Positions 10,025 through 18,380 of a stretch of DNA of 64,000 nt are shown here, piece after piece. The notes below the pieces were generated by a model, which did not search any database, had not been told where the DNA came from, and was given only the letters and a program-made list of their open reading frames with translations. Location: assembly GCA_024225635.1 (NCBI GenBank), contig JAAEMK010001003.1:3740-67739 (forward strand), in the 5' to 3' direction. The stretch's first letter is position 1. The number at the start of each line of letters is the position of its first letter. The position numbers were made by a program, and so were the translations under genes. The DNA is from Desulfobacteraceae bacterium. Lineage in GTDB: Bacteria > Desulfobacterota > Desulfobacteria > Desulfobacterales > Desulfobacteraceae.

Positions 10025-11993
10025 TTTCTTTGACCTGGTTCAGACCTGGACGGCCCGGGGGTGGTTGCGGCCCCTTGACAGCGCCTTTGTGACATTCCTG
10101 AGCAGGCAGGAGCCCCATGGGGCCCCCCTGGTGCTGCTGGGAGCGGCCCTTGCCAGCCACCAGCTGGGGCGGGGGCATATCTGCCTGGATATTGCCGGGG
10201 CCCTGGCGGATCCCGATGCCACCCTTTCCCTTCCGCCGGAGGGGGAAACCGGCGAGGAGTTGCCCCCTAAACCTTCCGAGGTGCTTTGCGGCATCACGGA
10301 AGAACAATGGGAACAAAGCCTTTCGGCGTCATCCCTTGTGGGGGCAGACACGGGCAACACCCCCCTGGTGATGAACCGGGGCCGTCTCTACCTCCGCCGT
10401 TACTGGCATTATACCCAGCGGGTTGCCGAAGAGATCCTTCACCGGGTGGGGGAGAAACTGCCCGTGCCCGAGAACCTGGAAGAGCGTCTTGACAGGCTTT
10501 TTGCCGACCTGAGAAGCCCCGGAGAAAAGGATAAGCGCGAGATCCACTGGCAGAGCGTTGCCGCCGCCGTGGCCGCCTCCAGCGCCTTCAGTGTGATTTC
10601 CGGGGGACCCGGCACCGGAAAGACCACCACCGTGGTTCAGCTACTGGGCCTGCTCCAGGGAATTGCCATGGAGCAGGGCAAGGTGTTGCGGATTCGCCTT
10701 GCCGCACCCACGGGCAAGGCTGCGGCAAGGCTTACGGAATCCATCAGCACGGCAATGGGCAGGCTGCCTGAAGAGATCCGGGCAAAGATATCCACGGAGG
10801 TTTCAACCCTTCACCGGCTGCTTGGCACCCGTCCCGATTCCCGCAGCTTTATCCACAACCGGAACAACCCGCTCCACGTGGACCTTCTGGTGGTGGACGA
10901 GGCCTCCATGATTGATCTTGAGATGATGGACGCACTGCTGGGGGCATTGCCGCCAAAGGCCAGGCTGATCCTCCTCGGGGACAAGGATCAGCTCGCCTCG
11001 GTGGAGGCGGGTTCGGTGCTCGGAGATTTGTGCGCCAATGCCATGAATCCCTGTTACCGGCCTGAAACCGTTGCCTGGCTCCAGGGGGTCACCGGCTATG
11101 GCCTTTCGGATTTCGCAGGTACCGGCAGTGACCTTGACCAGCAGATCGTTGTCCTGAGAAAAAGTCACCGCTTCCATGAAAAGAGCGGCATCGGCGCCCT
11201 TGCCCGATCAGTCAACCGGGGGCATGGAGATCAGGTGAATGATGTCTGGAACCAGGGCTTTTCCGATATCACCCGTCTTGTGGTAAACTCCTGTGAGGAC
11301 AGCGGGTTCCGGCGCCTGGTGCTGGACGGCAACCCAGCGGCATTTGCCGGTGCCGAAGGCGGGACCCGGCCGGTGGGGTACCGCGCCTATCTTGAGACCA
11401 TTGCCGGGGGGCCCGGGGGGTGGGAGTCTGAGACTGACTGGCTTTGGGCCGTTCTTTCCGGCTTCAGCCGCTTCCAGTTGCTGACCCCCCTTCGAAAGGG
11501 GGACTGGGGGGTGGAGGGACTTAATGGAATTACCGCCCGCATCCTTTATAAAGCCGGACTGATCCCGGCGACCGTGGGATGGTATCCCGGGCGGCCGGTC
11601 CTTGTTACCCGGAACGACTACAGTTTGGGTTTGATGAACGGGGATATCGGCATTGTCCTTAAGGTGACCGATGAGCGCAATCCCGGGACCCGGGGGCTGA
11701 GGGTGGTCTTTCCCATGGCCGACGGTTCCCTGAAACGGGTGCTGCCTTCCCGCCTCGGGGAGGTGGAGACCGTCTATGCCATGACCGTGCATAAATCCCA
11801 GGGGTCTGAGTTTGATCATACGGCCCTGGTGCTGCCGGATACCATGAGCCCGGTGCTGACCCGGGAGCTGGTTTATACCGGGATTACCCGTGCCCGTTCC
11901 TGGTTTACAATGGCAAGCCCGCCCGGCAGTCTTTTGGCGGCAGCGGTTGCCCAGCGTACCCACAGGGCTTCGGGCCTCGGCGATTTACTTTGA
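10008..11993 (+). CDS. recD: Exodeoxyribonuclease V alpha subunit RecD
   Basis: SGGPGTGKTT, LAAPTGKAAARL, TLHRLLG, VVDEASMID, LGDKDQLASVEAG, YAMTVHKSQGSEF, YTGITRAR. ATG 10008 follows AAGGAG and overlaps the end of recB. Confidence 0.96.
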   Translation: MMTTADFFDLVQTWTARGWLRPLDSAFVTFLSRQEPHGAPLVLLGAALASHQLGRGHICLDIAGALADPDATLSLPPEGETGEELPPKPSEVLCGITEEQWEQSLSASSLVGADTGNTPLVMNRGRLYLRRYWHYTQRVAEEILHRVGEKLPVPENLEERLDRLFADLRSPGEKDKREIHWQSVAAAVAASSAFSVISGGPGTGKTTTVVQLLGLLQGIAMEQGKVLRIRLAAPTGKAAARLTESISTAMGRLPEEIRAKISTEVSTLHRLLGTRPDSRSFIHNRNNPLHVDLLVVDEASMIDLEMMDALLGALPPKARLILLGDKDQLASVEAGSVLGDLCANAMNPCYRPETVAWLQGVTGYGLSDFAGTGSDLDQQIVVLRKSHRFHEKSGIGALARSVNRGHGDQVNDVWNQGFSDITRLVVNSCEDSGFRRLVLDGNPAAFAGAEGGTRPVGYRAYLETIAGGPGGWESETDWLWAVLSGFSRFQLLTPLRKGDWGVEGLNGITARILYKAGLIPATVGWYPGRPVLVTRNDYSLGLMNGDIGIVLKVTDERNPGTRGLRVVFPMADGSLKRVLPSRLGEVETVYAMTVHKSQGSEFDHTALVLPDTMSPVLTRELVYTGITRARSWFTMASPPGSLLAAAVAQRTHRASGLGDLL

Positions 11994-12003
11994 AAGGCTT
12001 AGC

Positions 12004-12160
12004 GGGGTCAGGCTTATCCCACCTACCGGGGGCACGCTTAGGACGGCTACCAGGGTCAGGCTTTGTGGTTATCGGGGTCAGGCTTAGCTTATTGTCCATA
12101 TTGTCGGTTCTTTGAAATAATCGCAATAAGCTAAGCCTGACCCCGAGCTTCGTGCCCCCG
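12004..12160. repeat. REP/MITE-like inverted repeat element (GGGGTCAGGCTTAGCTTATTG family), copy 1
   Basis: Perfect 22-bp inverted pair 12073-12094 / 12124-12145, partial copies at 12004 and 12052, outer IR CGGGGGCACG (12027) / CGTGCCCCCG (12151). The same motif occurs at 39253-39420. Confidence 0.85.
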
Positions 12161-12181
12161 AGTTTCCGTAAATAATTTGAA

Positions 12182-13885
12182 ATGAAAGCATCCATGGATA
12201 CCAACAACAATACCGTACAGGACCGTTACCTTTCTCTCTTCCAGGAGGTGACCCACACCCTTACCTCCACCTTTGATGTCGAGACCGTGCTCCATCTCAT
12301 CGTTGAAAAGATTCCAACGGTCCTGGGCCTGGATGCCGCCACGGTGAGACTCCTCGATCCCCGGGAAAACAGGCTTCAGCTGGTTGCAGCCCACGGCCTG
12401 GGCAGGGAATATCTGAACCGGGGACCCATTGACGCCGAAAAGAGCGTTGTCACGGCTTTGACCGGAAAACCGGTGGCTGTTTTCGATGCAACAACCGATC
12501 CGTGCAACCTCTACGCCAGGTACGCCATCAAGGAAGGTGTCAAAAGCATTCTGGTCACCCCCATCGTTTTCCAGCAGCAGGTACGGGGGGTGCTACGGCT
12601 GATTTCAAGAACCCCCCGCAGGTTTAAAAAGAGCGAGATCGCCTTTGTCAAGGCATTGGCCGAACAGTGCGGCATTGCCATTGAAAACGCGAGGATCCAT
12701 GGCGACAACCTCCGTCAGCTCAGCTACTTCAAGACCCTTAATGAGATCGGCAAGGCCATCAACGCTACCCTCCAGCTCGATGAAGTCCTGGACATGATCG
12801 TCAAGGAGCTTCCCCGGGTCATGGAGCTGAAAGGGTGCTCCATACGCCTGCTTGATCCTGTTTCGGGCCGCCTTCGGCTGATGGCATCCTCGGGATTGAG
12901 TCGAAGGTATCTTGAACGGGGCAGTATCGATGACGACGTCTCCACCCGTCACGCCCTCAGGGGAGAGTCCATGTTTATCTTCGACGCCGCCCGGGATCCG
13001 AAGATCCGGTACCCCGAGGAGACACGGCGGGAACAGGTGGGAAGCATTCTTGCCATTCCCATTGTGGTGGAAAAGAAGATCATCGGGATACTGAGGCTCC
13101 TGACCTCCCGGAAGCGGCGGTTCACCGATGCCGAAGTCAGTTTTGCCATGGCCATTGGAGAGCAGGGGGGGATAGCCATCCGGAACTCCATGAACTTTGA
13201 GAAAAAAATGGCCCTGGTCGCCCAGCTGGAACGCCACGAGCAGTTTCTCCAGAATATCTTTGACGGGCTCAAGGCCGACCTCTTTGTGCTGGACAGCGAC
13301 TACAGGATCGTGATGGTCAACAAGGTGTTCCTGAAAAATCACGGAATGGAGGAGTCCCAGGTGATCGGCAGGCATTTTGGCAAGATCCTCAGGATCGGTG
13401 AAGCCAGGGAGAAGCTGCTGAGGCGATTGAAGCAGGGAACCCAAACCGTCTCCTTTACCAGCAAGGTGGCGGACGACACCGGCGGGTTTTATCTGGAGGT
13501 GATGGCCACCCCCATGTACCGGCACCATGACGACGGCCGGATCGACTTTATCATTGGAACCATCCGGGACATCACCGACCATGTGCGGCTGAGAAAGGAG
13601 CTGCGCAACAGGGAAAGGCTCCAGGGCGTGGTGGAAATGGCCGGCACCGTGGCCCATGAATTGAACAATCCCCTGGCCATCGTTCTTTCGGCGGCAAGGC
13701 TCTTAAAAAAAGATCTCCAGGGGTCGGGACAGAGCTTTGAGGATCTGGAGATCATCATGCGGAATCTCGACAGGTTGTCCGTTCTGATCGAACGGATGAC
13801 CCGGATCACCGAGTACAAGTCCAAGCGCTACCTGTCGGGCGTGGACATCATCGACATGGACACAGCCTGCGGCAAGAAAGTCTAG
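12182..13885 (+). CDS. GAF-GAF-PAS-HisKA sensor protein lacking the HATPase domain
   Basis: Two homologous GAF repeats ending LAEQCGIAIENA and IGEQGGIAIRNS, a PAS domain (IVMVNKVF...TIRDITD) and an H-box VAHELNNPL. The protein ends about 70 aa later. Confidence 0.85.
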   Translation: MKASMDTNNNTVQDRYLSLFQEVTHTLTSTFDVETVLHLIVEKIPTVLGLDAATVRLLDPRENRLQLVAAHGLGREYLNRGPIDAEKSVVTALTGKPVAVFDATTDPCNLYARYAIKEGVKSILVTPIVFQQQVRGVLRLISRTPRRFKKSEIAFVKALAEQCGIAIENARIHGDNLRQLSYFKTLNEIGKAINATLQLDEVLDMIVKELPRVMELKGCSIRLLDPVSGRLRLMASSGLSRRYLERGSIDDDVSTRHALRGESMFIFDAARDPKIRYPEETRREQVGSILAIPIVVEKKIIGILRLLTSRKRRFTDAEVSFAMAIGEQGGIAIRNSMNFEKKMALVAQLERHEQFLQNIFDGLKADLFVLDSDYRIVMVNKVFLKNHGMEESQVIGRHFGKILRIGEAREKLLRRLKQGTQTVSFTSKVADDTGGFYLEVMATPMYRHHDDGRIDFIIGTIRDITDHVRLRKELRNRERLQGVVEMAGTVAHELNNPLAIVLSAARLLKKDLQGSGQSFEDLEIIMRNLDRLSVLIERMTRITEYKSKRYLSGVDIIDMDTACGKKV

Positions 13886-14514
13886 GCATCCTTATCCATT
13901 CCGGGTGGGGGCTTTTTGACCGGGGGGTCGAGCTTTTTTTTTAGCGCCAGTACGCCTGTTTTCAGGCTTGCCAAAATTTCTCCGATTTCAGGAATCAACA
14001 GGGTGGTGTATTCAAAACAGCTGGAAAAGATGAGCATGGTCGGTAAAAGAGCCAGTAAATATCCCTGTTTGAACGATATTACCAGTTCGTTCCGGTAAAG
14101 GCTCCATCCCGCCAGGGCCGCCAGGGGGAGACCGAACACCAGGATTTTAACGATCCTTCCCCTGGGTTCGTATAGATAGGATGTGATATGGAAGAGCCGC
14201 AACACCCCGCAGGCTATAAAACATGAGCTGAACGATACCCAGGTGAGGCCAAGGCTCAGGTGAAAAATGTCCTGGGAGAGAAAATCGGAGATCATGGCCG
14301 AACGCTCCCCATAATACTGAAGATAGCGCTGGCCGACCGGGGTGAGCTGATAATTGGTCCAGAACATCTTGGCAAGAAACAGAATCGTGAAAATCCCGGC
14401 GGCAAGAAATAGGAGCAGGAAAAACGCCTTCAGGGCGACATCCTTCAGGGTTGCTCCATAGCTGTACAAGGGTGTCTTTTTTATCAGCTGCAGTTTTTTG
14501 ATCCGTGACAACAT
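13882..14514 (-). CDS. Hypothetical multi-pass membrane protein
   Basis: 210 aa with about four hydrophobic segments; convergent with the sensor gene (4-bp overlap). Confidence 0.7.
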   Translation of the reverse strand: MLSRIKKLQLIKKTPLYSYGATLKDVALKAFFLLLFLAAGIFTILFLAKMFWTNYQLTPVGQRYLQYYGERSAMISDFLSQDIFHLSLGLTWVSFSSCFIACGVLRLFHITSYLYEPRGRIVKILVFGLPLAALAGWSLYRNELVISFKQGYLLALLPTMLIFSSCFEYTTLLIPEIGEILASLKTGVLALKKKLDPPVKKPPPGMDKDA

Positions 14515-14756
14515 GGTGATTAATGCCCCTTTATTATAGGGTTCTTTCCCTCGTTGATTTTAAGACTATTGCTTTGGAAAATAACATTTTCATGAAATAC
14601 CGGAAAGAATAAATCCGGGAGATTCTGGATGACGGGGAAACCGTATCGCGAACAAAGGCTTAGTGCCTTGTTTTTTGAAGTTCTGTTATCAATTGTGGGG
14701 TGATTTGGGGATCGGTTTGATTAAATTCGGTTGTTGTTTTGAATTCATACCTTTGG

Positions 14757-14924
14757 TCAGAACATGAATTCGTCGTCTTTTCTTCTGCTTTTTTCCCTTC
14801 GGCAGATCCATCCAACCGTGGTGATGTAGGTGTACCCTTCACTCTCTTTTCTTCTTCTCTGATCTTCTCTTTTTTCACAGGAGTTCACCTCTTTTTTTGG
14901 GAAAGTTTTTTCATGATGTTGCAT
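14757..14924 (-). CDS. Small basic hypothetical protein (55 aa)
   Basis: Strong RBS AAGGAGG five bases before ATG 14924; MQHHEKTFPKKEVNSCEKREDQRRRKESEGYTYITTVGWICRREKSRRKDDEFMF. Confidence 0.65.
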   Translation of the reverse strand: MQHHEKTFPKKEVNSCEKREDQRRRKESEGYTYITTVGWICRREKSRRKDDEFMF

Positions 14925-15038
14925 ACTTACCTCCTTGTAATGAAAAAAAATGAAAAAAAGGTACCTTGCCGCCATAAATGATACAATTATAGTTAATCAT
15001 TATTTCGGGTTTGTAAAGGTCAAAATTTCGGTTTCGAT

Positions 15039-15073
15039 AAAAATTCAGACCGGATTAACCGGTCTGAATTTTT
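15039..15073. terminator. Intrinsic terminator-like hairpin, potentially bidirectional
   Basis: Perfect IR AAAAATTCAGACCGG-ATTAA-CCGGTCTGAATTTTT, about 12 bp past the stop of the minus-strand TPR gene. Confidence 0.8.
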
Positions 15074-15085
15074 AAGAATTTTTCC

Positions 15086-17374
15086 TTATGAATCTTCCCA
15101 TTTTTTTAACAGCTCTTTTGCTTTTGCAGCTCCCTCAAAATCGTTGTTCAATTCCAATGCGTGTCTCAGTGCATTTTGCGCCAGTTCCTTTTCACCTTTC
15201 CCTTCATAGGCAAGGCCCAGGTGAAAATGAATGACGGGATTTTCAGGGAGCTGCTCGATGCTGTCGAGGAATTCACTGATGGCATTCCCATAAAGCCCTT
15301 TTTTGTAATATACAAGTCCCAAGGTGTCCATTATTCCGGGATCGTTGGGCAGCTTGCTTTTCGCGATCCTGGCGTATTTCAGGGCTTCATCAAATTGATC
15401 CGTCCGCTCAGCCAGGTGATAGGCAAGGTTGTTTGCGGCCGGGGCAAACTCAGGATTGATTGCCAGGGCTTTTCTGTAATGATCGGCAGCTTTGTCGTAT
15501 TGTTTCCTGCTGTCAAAAATGGTTCCCAGCATAATGTGGGGAATCTCCATTCCCGGCTGCTTTTCAATCAGGGCGTTGCAAATATCAATGGCTTTATCCT
15601 GATCATTTTCAGCCAGGTAGATCCGGGCAATGGAAAGGTAGGGCGGGTAAAAATCGGGGTAGGTCTCAATGGCCTTGTTGTAAGACGCCTTGGCTTTGCC
15701 CCTCTTCTTCTCAGACATGAACACGCCTGCTTGAAGGTTGTGGATGGCGCATTCAAGTTTTGGTTCGCCTTTGGTTCTTTCAAGTTGTTTTTCGCAAAGG
15801 GCGTGGGCGCTGGCGTATTTTTTCTGGGCAACATGGTTTCTGACAAGAAGGGTAAAAACGTCCATGAGCAGGGGATTGATATCAAGGGCTTTGTTGAGAA
15901 ACGTTTCTGCTTGATCGTATTTCTTTTGGTATGCTTTTAAAAGCCCCATTCGATAGTAGCCCACCGGATTTTTCGGATCAATATCGATCAATGCCCGAAA
16001 GCCTTTTTTCGCCTGCTCCGGGTTATCGGTACCCATGTGGGAGTTGGCGCTGACAAGGATGGCCCTGTAGTCGGAGGGATTGAGCTTTAAAACCGCTTCC
16101 GCCTGACGCTGTGCCTCCTCATAGGAACGTTCCTGGTAGTGAATGTCGGCAAGGAGAAGACGGGCATTGGTATAGTTGGGATTGAGTTCCACAGCTTTTA
16201 TCGCCGACAATTTTGCCTGTTCGGTAAGGTCGAGCCTTCTCTGGCAAAACGCCATGAAATAGTGGGTCCGTGGTGCCTTGGGTTCCTCTTTCTTAAGAGT
16301 GGTAAGAATTTCAAGGGCCTGTTCAAATTCATTCTTATAAACGAGAAGTTCGCTTTTCAGCATGCGTGCCGGTCCAAACTTCGGCCTTGCCTCCAGCAGT
16401 TCTGCAACAAGCGCTTCCGCGGCCTCGATTTTTCTGTTTTTGAATTGAAATCTTGCCATGGCCGTTTTGACAGAGAGGTTTTCCGGGGCAATTGCCAGGG
16501 CCTTTTGGTACATCCCGAGGGCTTCATCCTCTTTTCCGGTGATATCATAAAAATTAGCTGCGGTGATATAGGGCTTCACCGAGTTCCGGGCAAGTTCAAT
16601 GGCCTTGAGATAAGCCTCCTCAGCCGCTTTTTCATTTCTCATCCTGAAGAAAAAATTGGCAAGAACAATTTGTAAGTCGGAATTGTCCGGATTTTCCAGG
16701 GTCGCTGTGAGCAGTTGGGTCTCGGCCTCTTTAAACCGTTTTTTACCGATGTAATAGCTGACAAGGGCAAGTCGTGGTTGAACAGCGTTGCTGGCGGACT
16801 CTATGGCCTTTAACAGGAGGGCCTCGGCCTCGTCGAATTTTTTGTGAAAGTTTTTTACCCTGGCGAGACCGTGGAGGGCCTTTACATTGCCGGGTTCAAG
16901 GGACAGGATTTTTTCAAACAGGGGTTCCGATCGGTCAATCTCTTTCTTCTGGACGAACATTTGCGCCTTCAAAAAAAGAGCTTCGAGATTTTCAGGATCC
17001 TTTTCAAGAATGGCGTCAATTCTTTGTTTTGCCTTGTCAGGTTTTTTGGCTAGAAGAAAAAAACCTGCGAGTTTTATCAATGCCTCCGTGTTCCCAGGAT
17101 CCAGTTGTTCCACCTTTAAATAAGCCTTGAAGGCATCCCTTGGGGCGCCGAGTTTCATCATCGTTTCACTGAGACGCGACCACGCATCCAGGTTTTCAGG
17201 ATCGATCTGCAGGATGTTCCTGTATTCTATTTCAGCTTCTTTAAACTGTTCTGCCGTAAAATACTCATCGCCTTTATCACGATGCGATATTATTTTTTCG
17301 TCGTCTGTTTTGCAGCCTTGGAAAATCGTTAGGGCTACAAGGATAAAGAAGAGAGCTTTTAGTTTGGAATGCAT
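15086..17374 (-). CDS. TPR-repeat lipoprotein, PrsT-like (PEP-CTERM/EPS-associated type)
   Basis: Signal peptide with lipobox-like FQGC, continuous TPRs, C-terminal AANNLAYHLAE...MDTLGLVYYKKG...FHLGLAY. GGAGG RBS. Confidence 0.8.
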   Translation of the reverse strand: MHSKLKALFFILVALTIFQGCKTDDEKIISHRDKGDEYFTAEQFKEAEIEYRNILQIDPENLDAWSRLSETMMKLGAPRDAFKAYLKVEQLDPGNTEALIKLAGFFLLAKKPDKAKQRIDAILEKDPENLEALFLKAQMFVQKKEIDRSEPLFEKILSLEPGNVKALHGLARVKNFHKKFDEAEALLLKAIESASNAVQPRLALVSYYIGKKRFKEAETQLLTATLENPDNSDLQIVLANFFFRMRNEKAAEEAYLKAIELARNSVKPYITAANFYDITGKEDEALGMYQKALAIAPENLSVKTAMARFQFKNRKIEAAEALVAELLEARPKFGPARMLKSELLVYKNEFEQALEILTTLKKEEPKAPRTHYFMAFCQRRLDLTEQAKLSAIKAVELNPNYTNARLLLADIHYQERSYEEAQRQAEAVLKLNPSDYRAILVSANSHMGTDNPEQAKKGFRALIDIDPKNPVGYYRMGLLKAYQKKYDQAETFLNKALDINPLLMDVFTLLVRNHVAQKKYASAHALCEKQLERTKGEPKLECAIHNLQAGVFMSEKKRGKAKASYNKAIETYPDFYPPYLSIARIYLAENDQDKAIDICNALIEKQPGMEIPHIMLGTIFDSRKQYDKAADHYRKALAINPEFAPAANNLAYHLAERTDQFDEALKYARIAKSKLPNDPGIMDTLGLVYYKKGLYGNAISEFLDSIEQLPENPVIHFHLGLAYEGKGEKELAQNALRHALELNNDFEGAAKAKELLKKWEDS

Positions 17375-17519
17375 GTATCCTCCGCCTGACTCGATGTTTG
17401 AAACGCAATGTCTTCCTGTCTGATTGAATATAACTTGTATACTCTATTATTATGTGCTACACAATTTTGTCAAATAAAAAATAATTATAAATTGAGAATT
17501 GATCGTAGTGAAAAGAAAA

Positions 17520-18380
17520 ATGTTTTTTAAACTATTTTCTCTGCTTGTCCTCCTGTCTCCTACAGCTGCCGCTGCCTGGTTCATACGGCCGGATGTGCCT
17601 GATCATCCAACGGTCGTTTCAACGGCTCTATCCTGTGAAACGCCATACAAATTTTCGGTTTATGATGATATTATTTCCAAAACGGACGATACGGCGTTTC
17701 TTCATACATACAATCCCTTTTTTGTTCCGGCTGATATGATAGAGCTGGATATACCTTTGAGGGTGCTTTCAAAACAACCCTTGTCAACCATGGAGTTCCT
17801 TGACAGGCTGTTGCTTGCAAATCTAAGACTCCGTCTGCTTATCAGGGAGTACGAAGATCTTCAGAAACGTTCCAGGGAAATGTTGAAAAGCGTCGCTGTT
17901 CCATACTTTGACACGCCGGGAACCGGGGCAATGATCGTTGACGGAAAGAAAGATATTGATCATCATAAAAATAGTATAGATCATCATAAAAAAAAAATGG
18001 AAACCAAAGTGTCAGGCATTCTTCATTACGGTTTTGCCGTCCATTCAAAGGCGACGAAATCTGCTGTTTCCGGCTGGCTGGATTCAAAAAGTGTTTCATT
18101 AATTGCCGGTGGCGAGGAGATGTTCAGGCAAAATTGTGTGCCTCCTTTGCTTGAAGCCTCCAAATCAACCCGGGAACCATCAATCCTTCAGGCTACTTTC
18201 AATAGCCGGGACGTCAACAACCTCAGCCTTACCCGATCCGATGAAGTCCAGTTGCCCTGGATTCTCAGGGTTGTCAATAATCTTATTCTCTATATGGTTG
18301 CCCACAAGATTGAGGTGTTGTTTTACGGCGTTGTCGTGTTCCTTGTTTCGTGTTTTATTTCGCTCCAGGCAAAGGCATGA
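17520..18380 (+). CDS. Exported hypothetical protein with C-terminal membrane anchor
   Basis: Signal peptide (MFFKLFSLLVLLSPTAAAA) and a C-terminal hydrophobic segment. The stop overlaps the next ATG (ATGA). Start uncertain (17499 or 17520). Confidence 0.7.
   Translation: MFFKLFSLLVLLSPTAAAAWFIRPDVPDHPTVVSTALSCETPYKFSVYDDIISKTDDTAFLHTYNPFFVPADMIELDIPLRVLSKQPLSTMEFLDRLLLANLRLRLLIREYEDLQKRSREMLKSVAVPYFDTPGTGAMIVDGKKDIDHHKNSIDHHKKKMETKVSGILHYGFAVHSKATKSAVSGWLDSKSVSLIAGGEEMFRQNCVPPLLEASKSTREPSILQATFNSRDVNNLSLTRSDEVQLPWILRVVNNLILYMVAHKIEVLFYGVVVFLVSCFISLQAKA

Noticed and set aside
14660..14878. 72-aa minus-strand ORF overlapping the small protein gene
   Set aside because: No RBS and low complexity. 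The overlapping frame starting at 14924 has a strong RBS.
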